A stretch of DNA of 64,000 bases from Adineta vaga (taxonomy: Eukaryota; Animalia; Rotifera): assembly GCA_021613535.1 (NCBI GenBank), contig CP075493.1:12400001-12464000 (forward strand), in the 5' to 3' direction. Below the pieces are notes generated by a model. The model did not search any database. It saw only the letters and a program-made list of their open reading frames with translations, and was not told where the DNA came from. The stretch's first letter is position 1. Each line of letters begins with the position of its first letter. Position numbers and translations under genes: made by a program. Shown piece after piece: positions 12,634-26,407 of this stretch.

Positions 12634-13932
12634 TGTAAACTTGAATACACAGAAGATAAAACGACAATATATGTGAAGTACTAATAGGATATCATTCTAG
12701 CGTATATATATGCGCACCGATTTTCGCATGCGAAAATGTGGCGAAACTGATTTGTTTTTTTCCTATCGAAAGCCGTAAACCGTGAATAGTTGTGCACATT
12801 AAAAAATGTATGGATGTATTGATAAAGGTAAATGTTAATGAAAACATTTTATTTTGACATATGTAGAAAGTTCGCACAGGATTTGCGATAACTCTTTTTA
12901 GTTGTTTATAACATGCCTGAAATTCAATTAATATAGTGTTTGATGTCATTTATCTTCAACTTTTTTTTTAAAGTGTGTGTATTTAGAATTATTGTGAGAA
13001 GGTTTGCCATCTTACTATCATTTCATCAAAGATTAAATACTAGCAACTAAACGCATCACATCATATGTTGCACTTTTGTTCTATTGTCCAAGATTAGATT
13101 ACAAGTTACACTTTTTGATTTCAAATCATTACTCGTTTCAACTAAAAATAAAAGACATTTTTCATTTCATTATCTACTAGTGTATGTACAGGTAAGAATA
13201 GCGTTTGATATCTTGATTGCAAACTATACAAAACCGTTTTTTGGTCTTTAATGAAATACGCATTATCTTAACTGTCACTCGTTCATAATTTATATCGTTA
13301 GATTCTTTTTCATAGGATGATTCATTATTTAACAATTATCTGTTTTCTCAGTATGCCGATCGAAGTACTGTCGGGAGAAGAAAATGTTCAACTAGTTCCA
13401 GCTGAATGTATCTCATCATTATGCTATATACTCAAATATATATCAAGCTCATTGATAGCTGTTATATGTATATGGTACTTATCTCCGGTACTTGTTGTCA
13501 TTTTATTCTTTTGTGTTATGGACTTGTTACTACACTAACACCACCACAAATATCTCAGGAACGTTCAGAATGTAGAAATGAACAAATGGAGGTTGACTTA
13601 ACTATTCCAACATCCTCAAGATGTTGATTCAAGAGAAAAGCAATGAAATGAATTTAAGATCGATTTAAAATGGAACGAAGAAAGACATGTATTTGTAGGA
13701 AAATGGTTAAGCGAGTTAAACGAATGCTAAGAAGATGGCTTGTATGAATTAATGAAAATGCAACACCATCAATGGAATAGACATACAAAAAAAGATAAAA
13801 ATACAGTTGTTTAGAAATAAATTACTCTATAAATAGTTCTGATATATAGGTAAACATATTGAAAAAAAACTTTGAACGAAATCTTCACTCACACCACACA
13901 GTATAGTTCGTATTACTTTACGATGATTTATT

Positions 13933-15385
13933 CTACTTGTGATTCTTTTCTAAATCTTCAACGGGACAAATACCATTTCCTCCAATAAATTTCTTAGATC
14001 GAAAACATGATAATTGAGATAATTTCTGAGTAACCATGGATACGTAACAATGTGGATAGATAGGAAAGAAACCGTAATTATCATCCATAGTTTTTAATGG
14101 ACCATTCATCGATGAAAACGTTTGAAATAGAGATAAAAATCCAAAGATCAACAATGATATTAGCAAATATGTTTCATGATATTTGACAAATATACGTAGA
14201 TAAGTATCGTACAAAACCCACCAACCACGCCAAACAAATAAACATGATGCAAAAGCTAATGCATGAATAAAATTTCGATGAAATTGAGGAAAATTTGATA
14301 AAAACATCATCCAAAATTTATTTGTCCAATTGGATTGTTCAAAATAATATTGACAATACATTAGCAGGAAATAAAGTGGATAACCAATCACCAGACAAAT
14401 CCAAACTGATTTATCCTGTGCATCTGGATATAGATATTGATCTAGAATAACATAAAAACCATGCCATACAATAATCGTCATATTAGAAATAATAAGTTCA
14501 TATAATATGAAATTCATCAAATTCACTTTCCATCGTTTCGTCTTTGAAAACGAAATTCTTCATCAATATCTATTTTATTTCATACAAGAACAAACTTACC
14601 TGTTCTGTTGCAAGTGGACATTCGAATTGAATGCAATATTCAATAGAATCATAGCAAACAACAAATGGAGAACAAACTAAATCTGATAAAGTTCCAGTAA
14701 GCGCAATCAATGCAAAGGCAGATGCTAATGAGAAAACCAACATAAATCCCCAATCTTGAGAAGTATATTGATCTAAAATCGTCCACATCATTTCCCATTG
14801 AATAATATATAAAAATGCTAAGATGAAGATATGAATTTTCGTCAGAAGAATTCGAATAATAGTCCTTTGTTTTTTGAGAAAATTATAAAAGATATCTTGA
14901 CCAAGATATAAAATGAGAAATAAAATTGCATCGATCACATACGGAACAACTAATGATTCAGGAGAATAAGTACCATATCCAAGTTCACTATAATCTACTC
15001 CATCAAGATTATATGCCAATGCATAACCATTCAATGCATTTAGCATAGTAGTAATAAGATTCCATCCACAATCCCAAAAGAGAACCAACAATGGAAATAG
15101 AAGACAACCAGTAATAATCGGTTCAATTATGAATAGTATCAGATAAGAACCTTTTGGTTTAATACTCGCTTCATTAGTTTTATTATCAGTTATAGAAATG
15201 ATGGGCATTAGACGACGTCGATTGGTACTACCATGAGCTGTAGGAAGAGCTTGTGATAGCTGAGTATCGATAACTTGAACGCACAGTTGATTTATCTCGT
15301 CATTATCGAAATGTTTCGAAATAATCGAAAATCGACGTGGAGCATTATTCGAAAGATTCAGCATAGGAGTTTTGCCATCAATCAT
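13933..15385 (-). CDS. Fuseless-like membrane protein, copy 2 (intron 14542-14599)
   Basis: Differs from copy 1 at 4 aa (P/L, A/S, I/T, H/R). Confidence 0.75.
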
Positions 15386-15539
15386 TTTAGAAGAAATGAT
15401 AAATTAAAGTTCTCGGCTAATCGAGTTCATCAACAAAAAAAGGACATGTTTAGATTGTTAAATAAATATACCAAAAAAGGAGAAAGAAAACTTAATAAAT
15501 CAAGGTTCACTTACAAATATGGGTACTGATAGTTTTGTT

Positions 15540-16194
15540 CCCTTTTCTAAAAGAAAGGTTTATAGGCTCTTTAAATAGGGTCGTTAAAATGTTTAAAGTT
15601 TCTTTGTTTGTTTTTTTCCAAGCCAATCAGAAAACAGCGTTCATTAAATTAATCATAACTTATTCCTTTTGGAAATGAATCAAAGGTAGGCCGACGAATG
15701 ACTAGACGTGATTTTAGAGAGTGATAGTTCAGAATATGGATTTGAATGACTTTCACGTGCTTTGCACGTTTGTTCGAAGGCACTTAATTGATCATCTACG
15801 AGAACGAATCCGACAAAGTTCTGTTTCCTGAAAACGAAACCTATACTGGAAACGACACGACCATGTGCGCTGGCGACTAGTAGCGAGTGACTGACGGGGG
15901 AGACGCCAACGAGCGATTAGACGTTTGTTCAAGAGCCTTATAGGAAGGAAAATAAGTATGGGTAACGCTTTTTTGGGAAGTATCAAGCTATCAGATCGTG
16001 AATATTTACAAACAGCACTTATTTTTGCTCTTCTCTTTAAATAAATGATTTAATGATACTTTGAAATGGTGAAAAGATGAAAAACACTTTTAAAAAGGTT
16101 TTATGTATAAAGTTTGCTTGGATCGAGATCTGGTCAAGTCCAGGTCCAGCTTGCGGGTGTTACTAAGCACTGTTATCATTCTTTCAGAAAAGGG
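15540..16194. mobile_element. MITE with CCC termini, present only in duplicate copy 2
   Basis: TIR CCCTTTTCTAAAAGAA / TTCTTTCAGAAAAGGG (15/16); absent from copy 1; no clear TSD. Confidence 0.7.
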
Positions 16195-16596
16195 TCAGCA
16201 AATTCAGAGGATGAGCGTTACTAGTTTAATATTCTCAGTGCATTATCTATTTTTAATTGTATAGAATTGATGGAATGAATCGATTCGATACTAATGTGAA
16301 AACTTCGATGGTTTCAATTCGACCAGAATTCGATCCGGATCGATGTACGCAGGAGCAATCAAACTTTTACATCTTCATTTGTGTAGCTTATTGAAGGAAA
16401 ATGCTTGCCGATTCTATCGTCCTGGTTTTTATATTATGTTAAAAGTCAACTACTGAAGATAGAAGTGACTCTCGATCGTTATTAGTAAAAATGTTTCGTT
16501 GTATAAAATAAAACGATCGTTTTTAACTATATTTTCTTACTGTACTAACTATATTTTTTTTTACATAAATGACTATTTGACACTAGTACTAGTATC

Positions 16597-17687
16597 CAGG
16601 TTAACCAATTCGATGTCGGAACCGATCGGACCAGATGATCCAACAGAATCCTATAGGAATCCGACTGTCGAAATCCAATACAGTTCCGATAATATCCGAC
16701 GAATTAAAAAAAGATTTCCAAATACCTAATTTCTATGAATTTTTCTCGGATTAAAAATCATTTACATACTCACTTCATATCTATCTCGTAGGATTTCTGT
16801 GGATTTCTTTTACATTTGAAATCCTTTATTTAGTCAATTCATATCTATCACGTAGGATTTCGATCGGTTCTTTTGGATTAAAAATCTTTTAGTGACTCAC
16901 TTCATATCTATTGCGTAGGATTTCAGTGGTTTCTTTTGGATTAAAAATCCTTTAGGTACTCACTTAATATCTATTACGTAGAATTTCTGTGGATTTCTTT
17001 TGGATTAAAAATCATTTACTTATATTTCGTATATGCTCGATTACAGTATGATTTGTTTGGGCTGGTTTAGGATGGAAAGCTCATTATGTAGATTATATAG
17101 TGGCTTAAGGAAGGGATGGAGGAAATGGATCGGTGGGGGAATGTGAATTATTTTTGGTGGATCTCAGAATCGTATGAGATTAAATATAGGAAGGAAAGTC
17201 AATGAGAAAGTTGTTGTGCTATGCGTAGCGTTTTTGAAGAACGCTGTCTGTTGCCGTTGCTTTGATTGTCAAAGTTGCGGATGCCGTAGATTTTTGCTTA
17301 TGATACTCTCTGATTGATTTATGAGGTATGAAATAAGAAAAATACAGTCTGCTTAAAATGTGAACAGTTCAAAAATATGAATTTCACCGAGAGTTAGGTA
17401 ATATATATTCATAAATAGCGTCAAATAGTTTGAATATCGTGTTTCACGTTCATCTAATGCGTCTTTTTAGTTGTTCATAATATTCATTTTAAGATTTATG
17501 TCGGAATTCCTTGAATTCTGTCGGAATATGGTGGAAATCATGGGTTCACGTTAATAGGATCAGTTGATCCGACGGATTCCAATACGATTCCGTCATCAGG
17601 AATCCGATAAAATCCTAAAGAAACCCACAGGATCCGGTAAAACCCTATGCTTTCCGATTGCATTCGACTATGAGATTGGTGGACCTG
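16597..17687. mobile_element. Non-autonomous TIR element with subterminal ATCCGA/TCGGAT repeats
   Basis: CAGGTTAACCAAT ... ATTGGTGGACCTG imperfect TIRs; repetitive subterminal motifs. Confidence 0.6.
16730..17022. repeat. ~60 bp tandem repeat, about 5 copies
   Basis: Unit approx. GGATTTCTGTGGATTTCTTTTGGATTAAAAATCNTTTANNTACTCACTTCATATCTATNNCGTA. Confidence 0.8.
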
Positions 17688-18109
17688 AGAATCAAAATTA
17701 CTATAATATTTCCGTACAATAGGTGAAGGTTTTATTTTCACCAATTAAATGCTTCGACATCGATTTCGTTGGTCTTTTGAAAAAATACAACGAAATGGAG
17801 AACAAAATGAATCTGTACTTAATCCAACATCACTTCTACTTCAAGATTAGGAAGAAGAGAAATGTACTATTCAAAATAGTACGTAGAAATAATTCTTTTG
17901 TCTTATGTAAGACAATGCTCAATCATCTCGAATATTTTCTTTTAGTAAACTTGATACAAACAAATACCTGTAGAGATACGAATATTGACAGTAGTCATGA
18001 GTGTTTGTATGTTAGAAATAGTGTAACTTCTGCAAAAGAATTAGATTGATCATCCGATGAACGAGATTCTTGTTTGCAAACAGAGCCTATGTAAAACATA
18101 ATATTAATA

Positions 18110-18457
18110 ATGACTTCCGTATATAAGATAAAAAATATTACTTGGGCGAATTCACGAGATGGTGATATTCCATCTTCTTCTGTTATTGGTGATCAAGATG
18201 ATCATCAAAATGTTTATGTTACACGGATTGAATTAGATGAGAATTTAATGCCAGGTAAACTTATTGCGGGTGAGAAATTAGCTAAAGCTGAATATTGGAG
18301 TCCTAAGTTATTATTCACAAAGCCAGATTCAAAAGTAAGATTCGAATGGGTTCCAACATGTGAATCTATAAAATACCAATATGTGCTTCACGAGCAGGTC
18401 GAGAAGAACAACAACTCAATTTATACTTTGGCGAAACTTTTCTGTTTTTTAATATGA
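18110..18457 (+). pseudogene. Degenerate DM9/DUF3421 (natterin-like) repeat gene
   Basis: W....DGDIP..SV.G.......YVTR.......PGKL fits a DM9 repeat; the second repeat loses frame. Confidence 0.55.
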
Positions 18458-18652
18458 TTTTTTTTGGCAAATATAATACACCGCATGGTTTTCTGTACTA
18501 GTGCATTATGTAGCTTGAAAAGTTATCGTTGTCTCCTATTCTACATTACGCATTTGCCAATTTCATGCATGTAGGTAGAGCATGTCATTTATACCGATAA
18601 AGCCCACAAAGATTAATGCCGATAGCGCGAATTCTTCTTAATCAATTTTAAT

Positions 18653-21234
18653 GGCTACAAATTAAATGATCAGTATTTTATTATGAATGATCAGTAAAAT
18701 TTGATCAGTATTAAATGCAAATGATCAGTATCTTATTCGTTTGATCAGTAATCTATTCACTTGATCAGTACTTTATTCACTTGATCAGTCTAATAATTAA
18801 AATATCAGTATAAAAGTTGGTTTGTTCAGTAAATAATGGTATTTTTACCAGTATTCGTCGTTCTGTAACATCCCTCGATTATCGTATATATATGTTGACC
18901 TACTTTTTGTCTTTGTTTGTTCTTGACCTAGTTTCTAGATATCACATCTATCCGATATCTTACACTTATATAATAGATGAACATATATCTTCGATTGTTT
19001 TTCAGTTTAACAAAGATCTATAGTTTCACAAGATGCACCCTTGATTATTGTTCTACTTAACCCTATAAATACTTTATTTTTAAATCAGATTAAACAGAAA
19101 TTTCTTTTATTACATACGATAATATATAATTGAATTTGAAATGGCAACAACAACGAAAATCATCGAAGTACCACTATATGTTTCTGACGAAGAAGATATG
19201 AATGACAGTACTCATGTTGAACATAAGAAAAGGGCAAGCAAGAGACACCGGGTTTGGACGAAAGAGAAGATATTTAGCAATGTTGCTGAAGCTGAACAAG
19301 CAATTATAGAAGAAGGTGGATGGAGTGAATATTATATCAATACAACAGCTGAAGGGAAAAAGAAAATTTTCAGATGCAACAAGGTTAAACTTCGTGGAAA
19401 ACAATGTGATGCCAGTATTTATCTGTTGTTTACTTCTACCAACGAAGAAGTTGTTTTATTCCGGGACACATCAGATCATACGCATTATTTGATGCAAGGA
19501 AAATGTACAAGAATACCAGATGATGTAAAAATGTTGATCAAAGAATTTTACGATTTGAAATTAAAACCAAAAGCTATAATTGAAGCATTATATGAACGAG
19601 GGATTACAGCACCAAGTATTGGTCAATTAAACAATTTCTTAAGAACATTAAAAACAGAAAGATTTGGTTCAACACACATAAATCTTGGTGACATTGAACA
19701 ATGGTGCATAGAATCGAGTAAATCAATTCCAGAATCAGATAATACAGGTTTTGTTGTCTCGTATGAAATTATTTATGATGGTGATGACAACAATATTGTC
19801 GATGATGACGATGACGATGAAGATAATGGAAATAAGTTTCGATTTTTTGTTTCAACAAAGAGACTTCTACGCACTGCTACTATGTCAAAGAAAATACATG
19901 CAGATGCAACTTATAAGCTCATTTGGCAGGGTTTTCCTGTTCTTATTATTGGTACTACGGATCTGAATCGACAATTTCATTCGTTTGGGATTGCTGTTTG
20001 CTCAAATGAGAAAACTCAAGATTTCACATTTGTTTTTCGTGCTCTTCAAGATGGTGTAAAAAAACTCGATCTACCTGAAATTAATCCAGATGTTCTCATT
20101 GCTGATGGTTCAGATGCTATTCGTAATGGATTTCAAGCAGTCTTTGGAGAAAAACATTCAGTTATGTGTTGGGCTCATATGCGACGCAAGGTGGTAAAGA
20201 AAATAGAATCTATGGTAGAGAAGATGGAACAAGGAGATTTAATTGAAGATATTGAAGCATTACAATTAGCACAAAGTGAACAAATGTTTATGAAAGCCTC
20301 CAATCTGTTTATTAAAAAATGGAAGAAGAAACAACCAAAATTTACGGAATATTTTCCAAACGAATGGCTCACTTCACATAATGGTTGGTATGAAGGTGTT
20401 CAACATTTAACTCCAAGCACAAACAATGCTTTGGAAGCAACTAATAAAGTTATCAAGGATGAAAATACATTTCGAGAACGCCTTCCATTATCTAGATTTA
20501 AAGTTTTAACATTTGAAATTGTTGAAAAATGGTCAAAATTATATGAACGAGGTTTGAAATAATTTTATGATAAACCAAATATTACATTAGATATATGGAC
20601 GAATAGTTATCAATGGGTTAAGTTAAACAAATCTATTGTATCAAACAAATTAGATAATGAAATCGAATTTTACGTACCTGCTGGAAAAGAACAGAATATT
20701 TCAAAGACTGAAATTGATATAATGAAGAAATTCAAATGGTATTCTTTTGATCAATATAAAGTGAAAGCATTTAATATTTGGCATGTTTTATTACCGATGG
20801 ATGAAGCAAAATGGTCAGATGGTCAATGCAATTGTCCAGCTTTTTTCAAAAAATTCATGTGTAAACATATTGTTGGATTGGCAATTAGATTGAATTATTG
20901 TAAACCACCACCTGCTGCAAAAAATGTTAAAATTGGAGAAAAAAGACGTCGAGGTCGACCTTCAAAGGCCAAAAAAGCTTTACTTATTCAATAATTTTTT
21001 GTTACTTGTTTTTGTAATATTTTTACTGGTATAAATTGAAAAATTACTGATCAAAAAATATATATCTACTGATCAGAATTAAACAATATACTTATCATAT
21101 TTTGATATATTTACTGGTATTTCGAATAAATTACTGATCAAAAAACATATTTTTACTGATCAAAAAATACTGATCATTTGATGAAAAAAATACTGATCAT
21201 TCACAATAAAATACTGATCATTTAATTACAAGCC
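18653..21234 (+). mobile_element. Mutator-like (MULE) DNA transposon, full length
   Basis: Perfect 9-bp TSD AATTTTAAT (18644-18652, 21235-21243); long TIRs GGC...GCC rich in TGATCAGT repeats. Confidence 0.95.
19141..20994 (+). pseudogene. MULE transposase with one in-frame stop (TAA 20560-20562)
   Basis: HADATYK, IADG, CWAH and TNNALE MULE motifs; the same frame continues to a SWIM finger (CNC..CKH) and AT-hook RRGRP. Confidence 0.9.
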
Positions 21235-21619
21235 AATTTTAATGTGTTTTTCGTTTTTCAGTTCATGAGAAATTGAAATAAGAGCATTAAATAAATATAG
21301 CTTATCACCTCCTGTTCGCAAACGTAGATACATTGTCTTCGCTTCAGCGCAATTCTACGTTTTGAAATTGTTTTCTCAGTTAGATTTGCAGCGTTCTTTA
21401 ATCGCTTTTAGAAAAGATTACATACCAAGTAACAAAACGATGATATTTATTCAACAAGTAGAGTGCTATTTTTAATCTTGATATTTCAAAAAGAGGAACC
21501 GAAACGATATTTGAACATAAACATTTCATGTTAGATGTCTATACAAATTGTTTTTAAAAAGAAAAGAAAAACAGTCAATAATCAGTGTAGTTCAATATTT
21601 TTTTCTATTGATTATATCT

Positions 21620-22528
21620 TCATATCATTGAAGGGAAACTTTGTTGAATTTGTTTTCGATATTGTACGATCGATTTGCGATATTCTTTTCGGTAAAAATC
21701 GGATGGTAAAACAAAGATGAGAAAAGTAACCATTGCAGGAATAAATGAAACAAAATATCCACAGAGAAATAGCCATGAATCTCTTGTTGAGTTCATACAT
21801 TTTGATACATAAGAAATAACTAATCGTGGTAGTGCAAGAATACATAAAATTACAGGTGCAATTAACAAATGTTGAAGTTCTCGGAATTGTTTACGTAATT
21901 CATCTTTGTCAAGTCGATTTCCTTGAAGTTGAGATTTTCGTTGAGTTTTTTTTGTTATCAAAATAATCGATGAAATGAAATTAATAAGAAATGGTACAAA
22001 AAAATGGCATGTATTTACAAATCGATTATAAAGCTGTAAATTTGATGAATAAGTGACAACACACCAGATTCTTTTCGTATCATCATTTTCATTTTCTTCT
22101 TCAAATAAACGTCGATAGATTGGATCGTGAATTGATGTTAAAACAGTTAGAATCGAAAGAATAATCAGAACTTTCTTTGACAATGCTTTACTTTTCTTTT
22201 TATCAAATCGAGTACCTTGAATAACTGTTAATGCTCTTTCTATTGCTACACATGCATTTAACCATTGATCCATATTTAGACAGATTCGTAAAAGAAAATC
22301 AAGTGAATAACATTGAACTCTAAAAAACAATTGATTTGATGTAAGTGTGATTTGTGTCGAAAGATAAATAAAATATTTCAGTCCAAACATGGTCATTGTT
22401 AATAATGTTGTTAGTGATGAACCGAACAAATAGATTCCACAACCGACTTCAAGTACACTTCGATTTTTGAATGTAACTAATGAAAGAATACCATTAGCCA
22501 TTCCAATTAAGAGAAAGAGGATTGTTAA
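21620..22528 (-). pseudogene. 7TM GPCR domain, 5'-truncated at the piggyBac insertion
   Basis: VAIERA at the DRY position, 7TM pattern; the frame runs up to the TTAA as LTILFLLIG within TM1. Confidence 0.75.
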
Positions 22529-24810
22529 CCCTTTCAGGACGGGAAGCCACTATAGTGGCTTTTGATTGTTTTTGAATAGAAAAACGGTATTCATTGACGA
22601 TCTAAATTAGCTATATATGTATCATAATATACTTATTATAATGACATATATCTTATGTAGTTTTCGTGGTCGGTCATGCTGATTCCTCTTTTTTTTTGTC
22701 TTACATCAGATCATCAGAGTGAGTTGTAGATGTGGTCATCATTTGTATGTCATCTTTTTCTGTCTATCATTTTCATATCATTAACACATATACATATATA
22801 TGTATGTATATATATATACTCTCTCTTACCCTCACTTTTTTTCGTTCTGCTACCGCACTTGAATTCGTATACATTCTTTTATTCTGGTATATTCCAATAC
22901 GCACTTCTTTCATTTATCTTCTGGATGTTTCTCTCTCTTTTTGGACCCTGATGTTTATATGTATACGTTCACTATTTGAAACTTTTTTATTCATTGACTA
23001 GTAACCAATAGTTCTCTCAAACGTTAAATTAGAAAAGTATTGAATATTCTCACTTATTTCATCTCATTTACTGTTTCTTATCGAAGAAAACATGGCTGCA
23101 TTCAAGCGTAAGCAAAATACAGAAGTGAATGAAAATCGTATGAACATCGAATCCGACAGTGACAGCGAGTTTTTCGATGATCTCAGCAGTGAAGAATCGG
23201 ATAATGACGATTATACATCTGTACCGAATAGATCTTGGAGAGATGGGCATTTTACACCTCGTCTATTTGACTTTACACAAAAAACTGGTCTCAATTCAGA
23301 TGTATTAGACTTGAAAAATGAATCTCCATTAGATTTTTTTGAACTATTATTCGATCGAACAATATTAGAACAAATAGTGAATGAAACAAATAAATATCAT
23401 TCACTTTCAAACACAAGTATTCCATATTCCTCCACATCTCATCAGACACAATGGAATGATACAAACGTTCCTGACTTGTATTCTTTTCTAGCCATCGTAA
23501 TGCTTATGGCTCATACGAAAAAGAATCGGATAAAAGACTACTGGTCTACCGATGAGCTGATTTCTACTCCAATCTTTACTCAAATATTCACCAGAGATCG
23601 CTTTTTGTTAATTCTGAAATTTTTACATTTCAACGATAATCAACGACAGCAAGATGGTGATAGATTACATAAGATAAAGCCAATTATTGATTATTTGCGA
23701 AAAAAGTTCAAACTTTGTTTCAAACCGTACAGAAACCTATGTATTGATGAAAGCTTGATGTTATGGAAAGGACGTTTGAGTTTCAAACAGTATATACCAA
23801 CAAAACGACATCGTTTTGGTGTGAAATTATTCATATTGTGCGATTGTCATTCCGGTTTCATTATGGATTTTATTGTTTATACGGGTCAACAGACAGAAAT
23901 TAAACTGGACAAAGAATTACGAATATCGGGTTCGATTGTTATGACTCTGATGGATAACTATTTGGACAAAGGTCATGTTATATTCATGGATAATTGGTAT
24001 ACAAGTCCCATTCTATTCGAAAAACTACACTACAGACGAACAGGTGCTTGTGGAACCGTCAAATCCAACAGAACTGGTCTGCCTATATTTCCTTCGAAAT
24101 TACAAAAAGATAAACAAGCATTTCAACATACAAATATATTACTTGCATTGAAATGGCGTGATAAGCGCGATGTTCACATGTTATCTACAATCCATGTACC
24201 AGATATGGTACTAACTAATAAAATTGATCATACAACGAATAAACCAGTAGCAAAACCTCTTTGTATCAAGGATTACAACGAGAATATGGGATTAGTGGAT
24301 AAATCTGATATGCAGATTAGCTTTTCAGAATGTATTCGTAAAACTATCAAATGGTACAAGAAGTTATTTTTTCATCTACTCGATTTATCGATGCTAAATG
24401 CTTACATACTTTATAAAGAAAAGAAGCACGTAATTCTTGAGTTCACTGATTTTCGTCTACAAGTAATTCGACAGATCTTCGAAAAATATGGTACTCAACG
24501 AAATACAAGAAGAGGTCGACCATCTGCTGACATATCATTGCGACTCACAGCTCGTCATTTTCCATCGCTAACTGGTGGAAGATCGCGAACATGCATTGTG
24601 TGCAGTACGACTAGCAAACGACCCAAAAAGCGTTCTCGTACAAAGTATGAATGTTCAGACTGTAATGTAGGTTTATGTATCGCAAATTGTTTTCGAGAAT
24701 ATCATACATTACACTCATATTAATAAACTTGAAGAAAGAAAAGAATAAATTGATGTTTAGTTATATTTTTCATATGATTTCCTATAAAAAATAATCCCGT
24801 CCTGAAAGGG
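22529..24810 (+). mobile_element. piggyBac transposon, apparently intact
   Basis: TTAA on both sides; perfect 16-bp TIR CCCTTTCAGGACGGGA. Confidence 0.95.
23092..24723 (+). CDS. piggyBac (PGBD4-like) transposase
   Basis: IDESL, DNWYTS and GLVDKSD catalytic D motifs; C-terminal Cys-rich domain; uninterrupted 543 aa. Confidence 0.95.
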   Translation: MAAFKRKQNTEVNENRMNIESDSDSEFFDDLSSEESDNDDYTSVPNRSWRDGHFTPRLFDFTQKTGLNSDVLDLKNESPLDFFELLFDRTILEQIVNETNKYHSLSNTSIPYSSTSHQTQWNDTNVPDLYSFLAIVMLMAHTKKNRIKDYWSTDELISTPIFTQIFTRDRFLLILKFLHFNDNQRQQDGDRLHKIKPIIDYLRKKFKLCFKPYRNLCIDESLMLWKGRLSFKQYIPTKRHRFGVKLFILCDCHSGFIMDFIVYTGQQTEIKLDKELRISGSIVMTLMDNYLDKGHVIFMDNWYTSPILFEKLHYRRTGACGTVKSNRTGLPIFPSKLQKDKQAFQHTNILLALKWRDKRDVHMLSTIHVPDMVLTNKIDHTTNKPVAKPLCIKDYNENMGLVDKSDMQISFSECIRKTIKWYKKLFFHLLDLSMLNAYILYKEKKHVILEFTDFRLQVIRQIFEKYGTQRNTRRGRPSADISLRLTARHFPSLTGGRSRTCIVCSTTSKRPKKRSRTKYECSDCNVGLCIANCFREYHTLHSY

Positions 24811-26407
24811 TTAAAAACAATCTATGGGGACGAATCCTTTTAGGGTTTTCATATACACTATGAACCCTCTCTATGAGCAAAATATGAGCTCAAACGGAGG
24901 ATATTAGTTGGTGAGGTTCCCTCGTTAGTTCTTTTCTGTGAAAAATAAACTCCATAGATCGGTGACGATGAGGATGAGTACTCTGAAAAAAGGGTGTGGG
25001 TGAGAGTGGGTGTGAGGGTGAGTCAGCTCCCATGACTATAGTTTCACGTCAGCTAAGACGATTAACGAATGGCTTATCTATTTGAATTTCATTGAAGAAT
25101 CCAAATAAAGATGAAATCTACACGTAGGATACCTTGGATTAGAATTCGAATATTTCCCAAAAAGATTCGCGGATTGATGAGACCAAGCGAGACCAAAATA
25201 GATCTCGACGAGCTCTATCCAATCGTCACTATGATTTTCTAAAAAGATCCTTTCTTCGGGTAGAAAACCCCTAAATACTCCAAAAGCCATCGGTAAAAAT
25301 CATAGGGATTCGTTTATAGGTGAGACCAAACGACGAAATTTTGTGAATAGGTAGATCTCAATGAGCTCTCCAGTGGTTAACTTATTTACTCATTTTGAAC
25401 GAGTTATAGTATAGAAAATGGTAAAATATTGATATTTTAACTAGTACAGTTTTCTATTACTACGGTAGTTGAGATCAAAATTTTAATCTGAACTACGACA
25501 TATATCTTATTTAATTCTAAACTTTTTGTTTAAATAATCTGTTTATAATTTTTCATATGATTCTAATCGTGGATTAATTGCAATGAAAGGTGAACGAATT
25601 ACGATACCAAATAGTCAAATATCACATTGGTGGATTATTGAAAGTATGATAGATGGTCAAACTTATACAACAGATCAAAATTCTCAAGCACTCCTGTGTG
25701 TCTGTTTTAATAAACAGTTTTTACTCACTCTTTATCAGTTTTCAAAAATTTCTAATGCAAAATGTTTTTGGGTGTGACAATTGCCTCGTGGTGCCTCGCC
25801 GCTGTATTGTGTAGATTGTAGAGGTTTTCACGCTTCATCTTGTGGTATATTTTGTTTTCTCAATAAGCCGTATGACGTAGTTGAAAAATAAAACACGCAA
25901 ACTACTCATGTACATGTATTATATACCGAGTATTATACTTTGTCTAAAAAGAAAATATCTAAAATCTTAGCCTATGTATCTTCCTTATAATAGGGGATAC
26001 AGACATAGAACTTTGGGATGATATTCGCCTCCTTACAGGGTATAAAATAATAATGTTTCGGCATTTTTGAGTTTCCTATAAGGAAGAACGACTAAGACTT
26101 TTGGCGCACCCCATTTAAAAAAAGTACTTATTTTCACTATTGATATTAAAAAAGTGCAAATAGTACACTTTTTGTAGTATGCAGAGTAGAAATTCCACAC
26201 TACTTTATACGTTTCAAAGTACTTTTTAGTAAACTATTTAGGTTAAAATTTTTACATGGAACCTATTTGTTGGTGGAGATTTAGTACAAATTTAAAATTG
26301 ACAAGGTATTCTTTTTTTTTCTTTATTTTAAATTCAATAAAAGGATACAAATTACATTACAATACAACATGTATTTAAAAGAATAAATATATATAATTCA
26401 ATTTTTC

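Larger units (their letters stand above)
13113..16583. repeat. Segmental duplication, copy 2
   Basis: Direct repeat of 5501-10322 carrying different insertions. Confidence 0.9.

Noticed and set aside
24821-25444. Possible Helitron (TC...CTAG) hiding the GPCR 5' part
   Set aside because: No convincing GC hairpin, and removing it does not restore the GPCR frame; probably a repeat with undefined ends
25963-26099. Small imperfect inverted repeat, possible MITE
   Set aside because: TIRs are degenerate and no TSD was found
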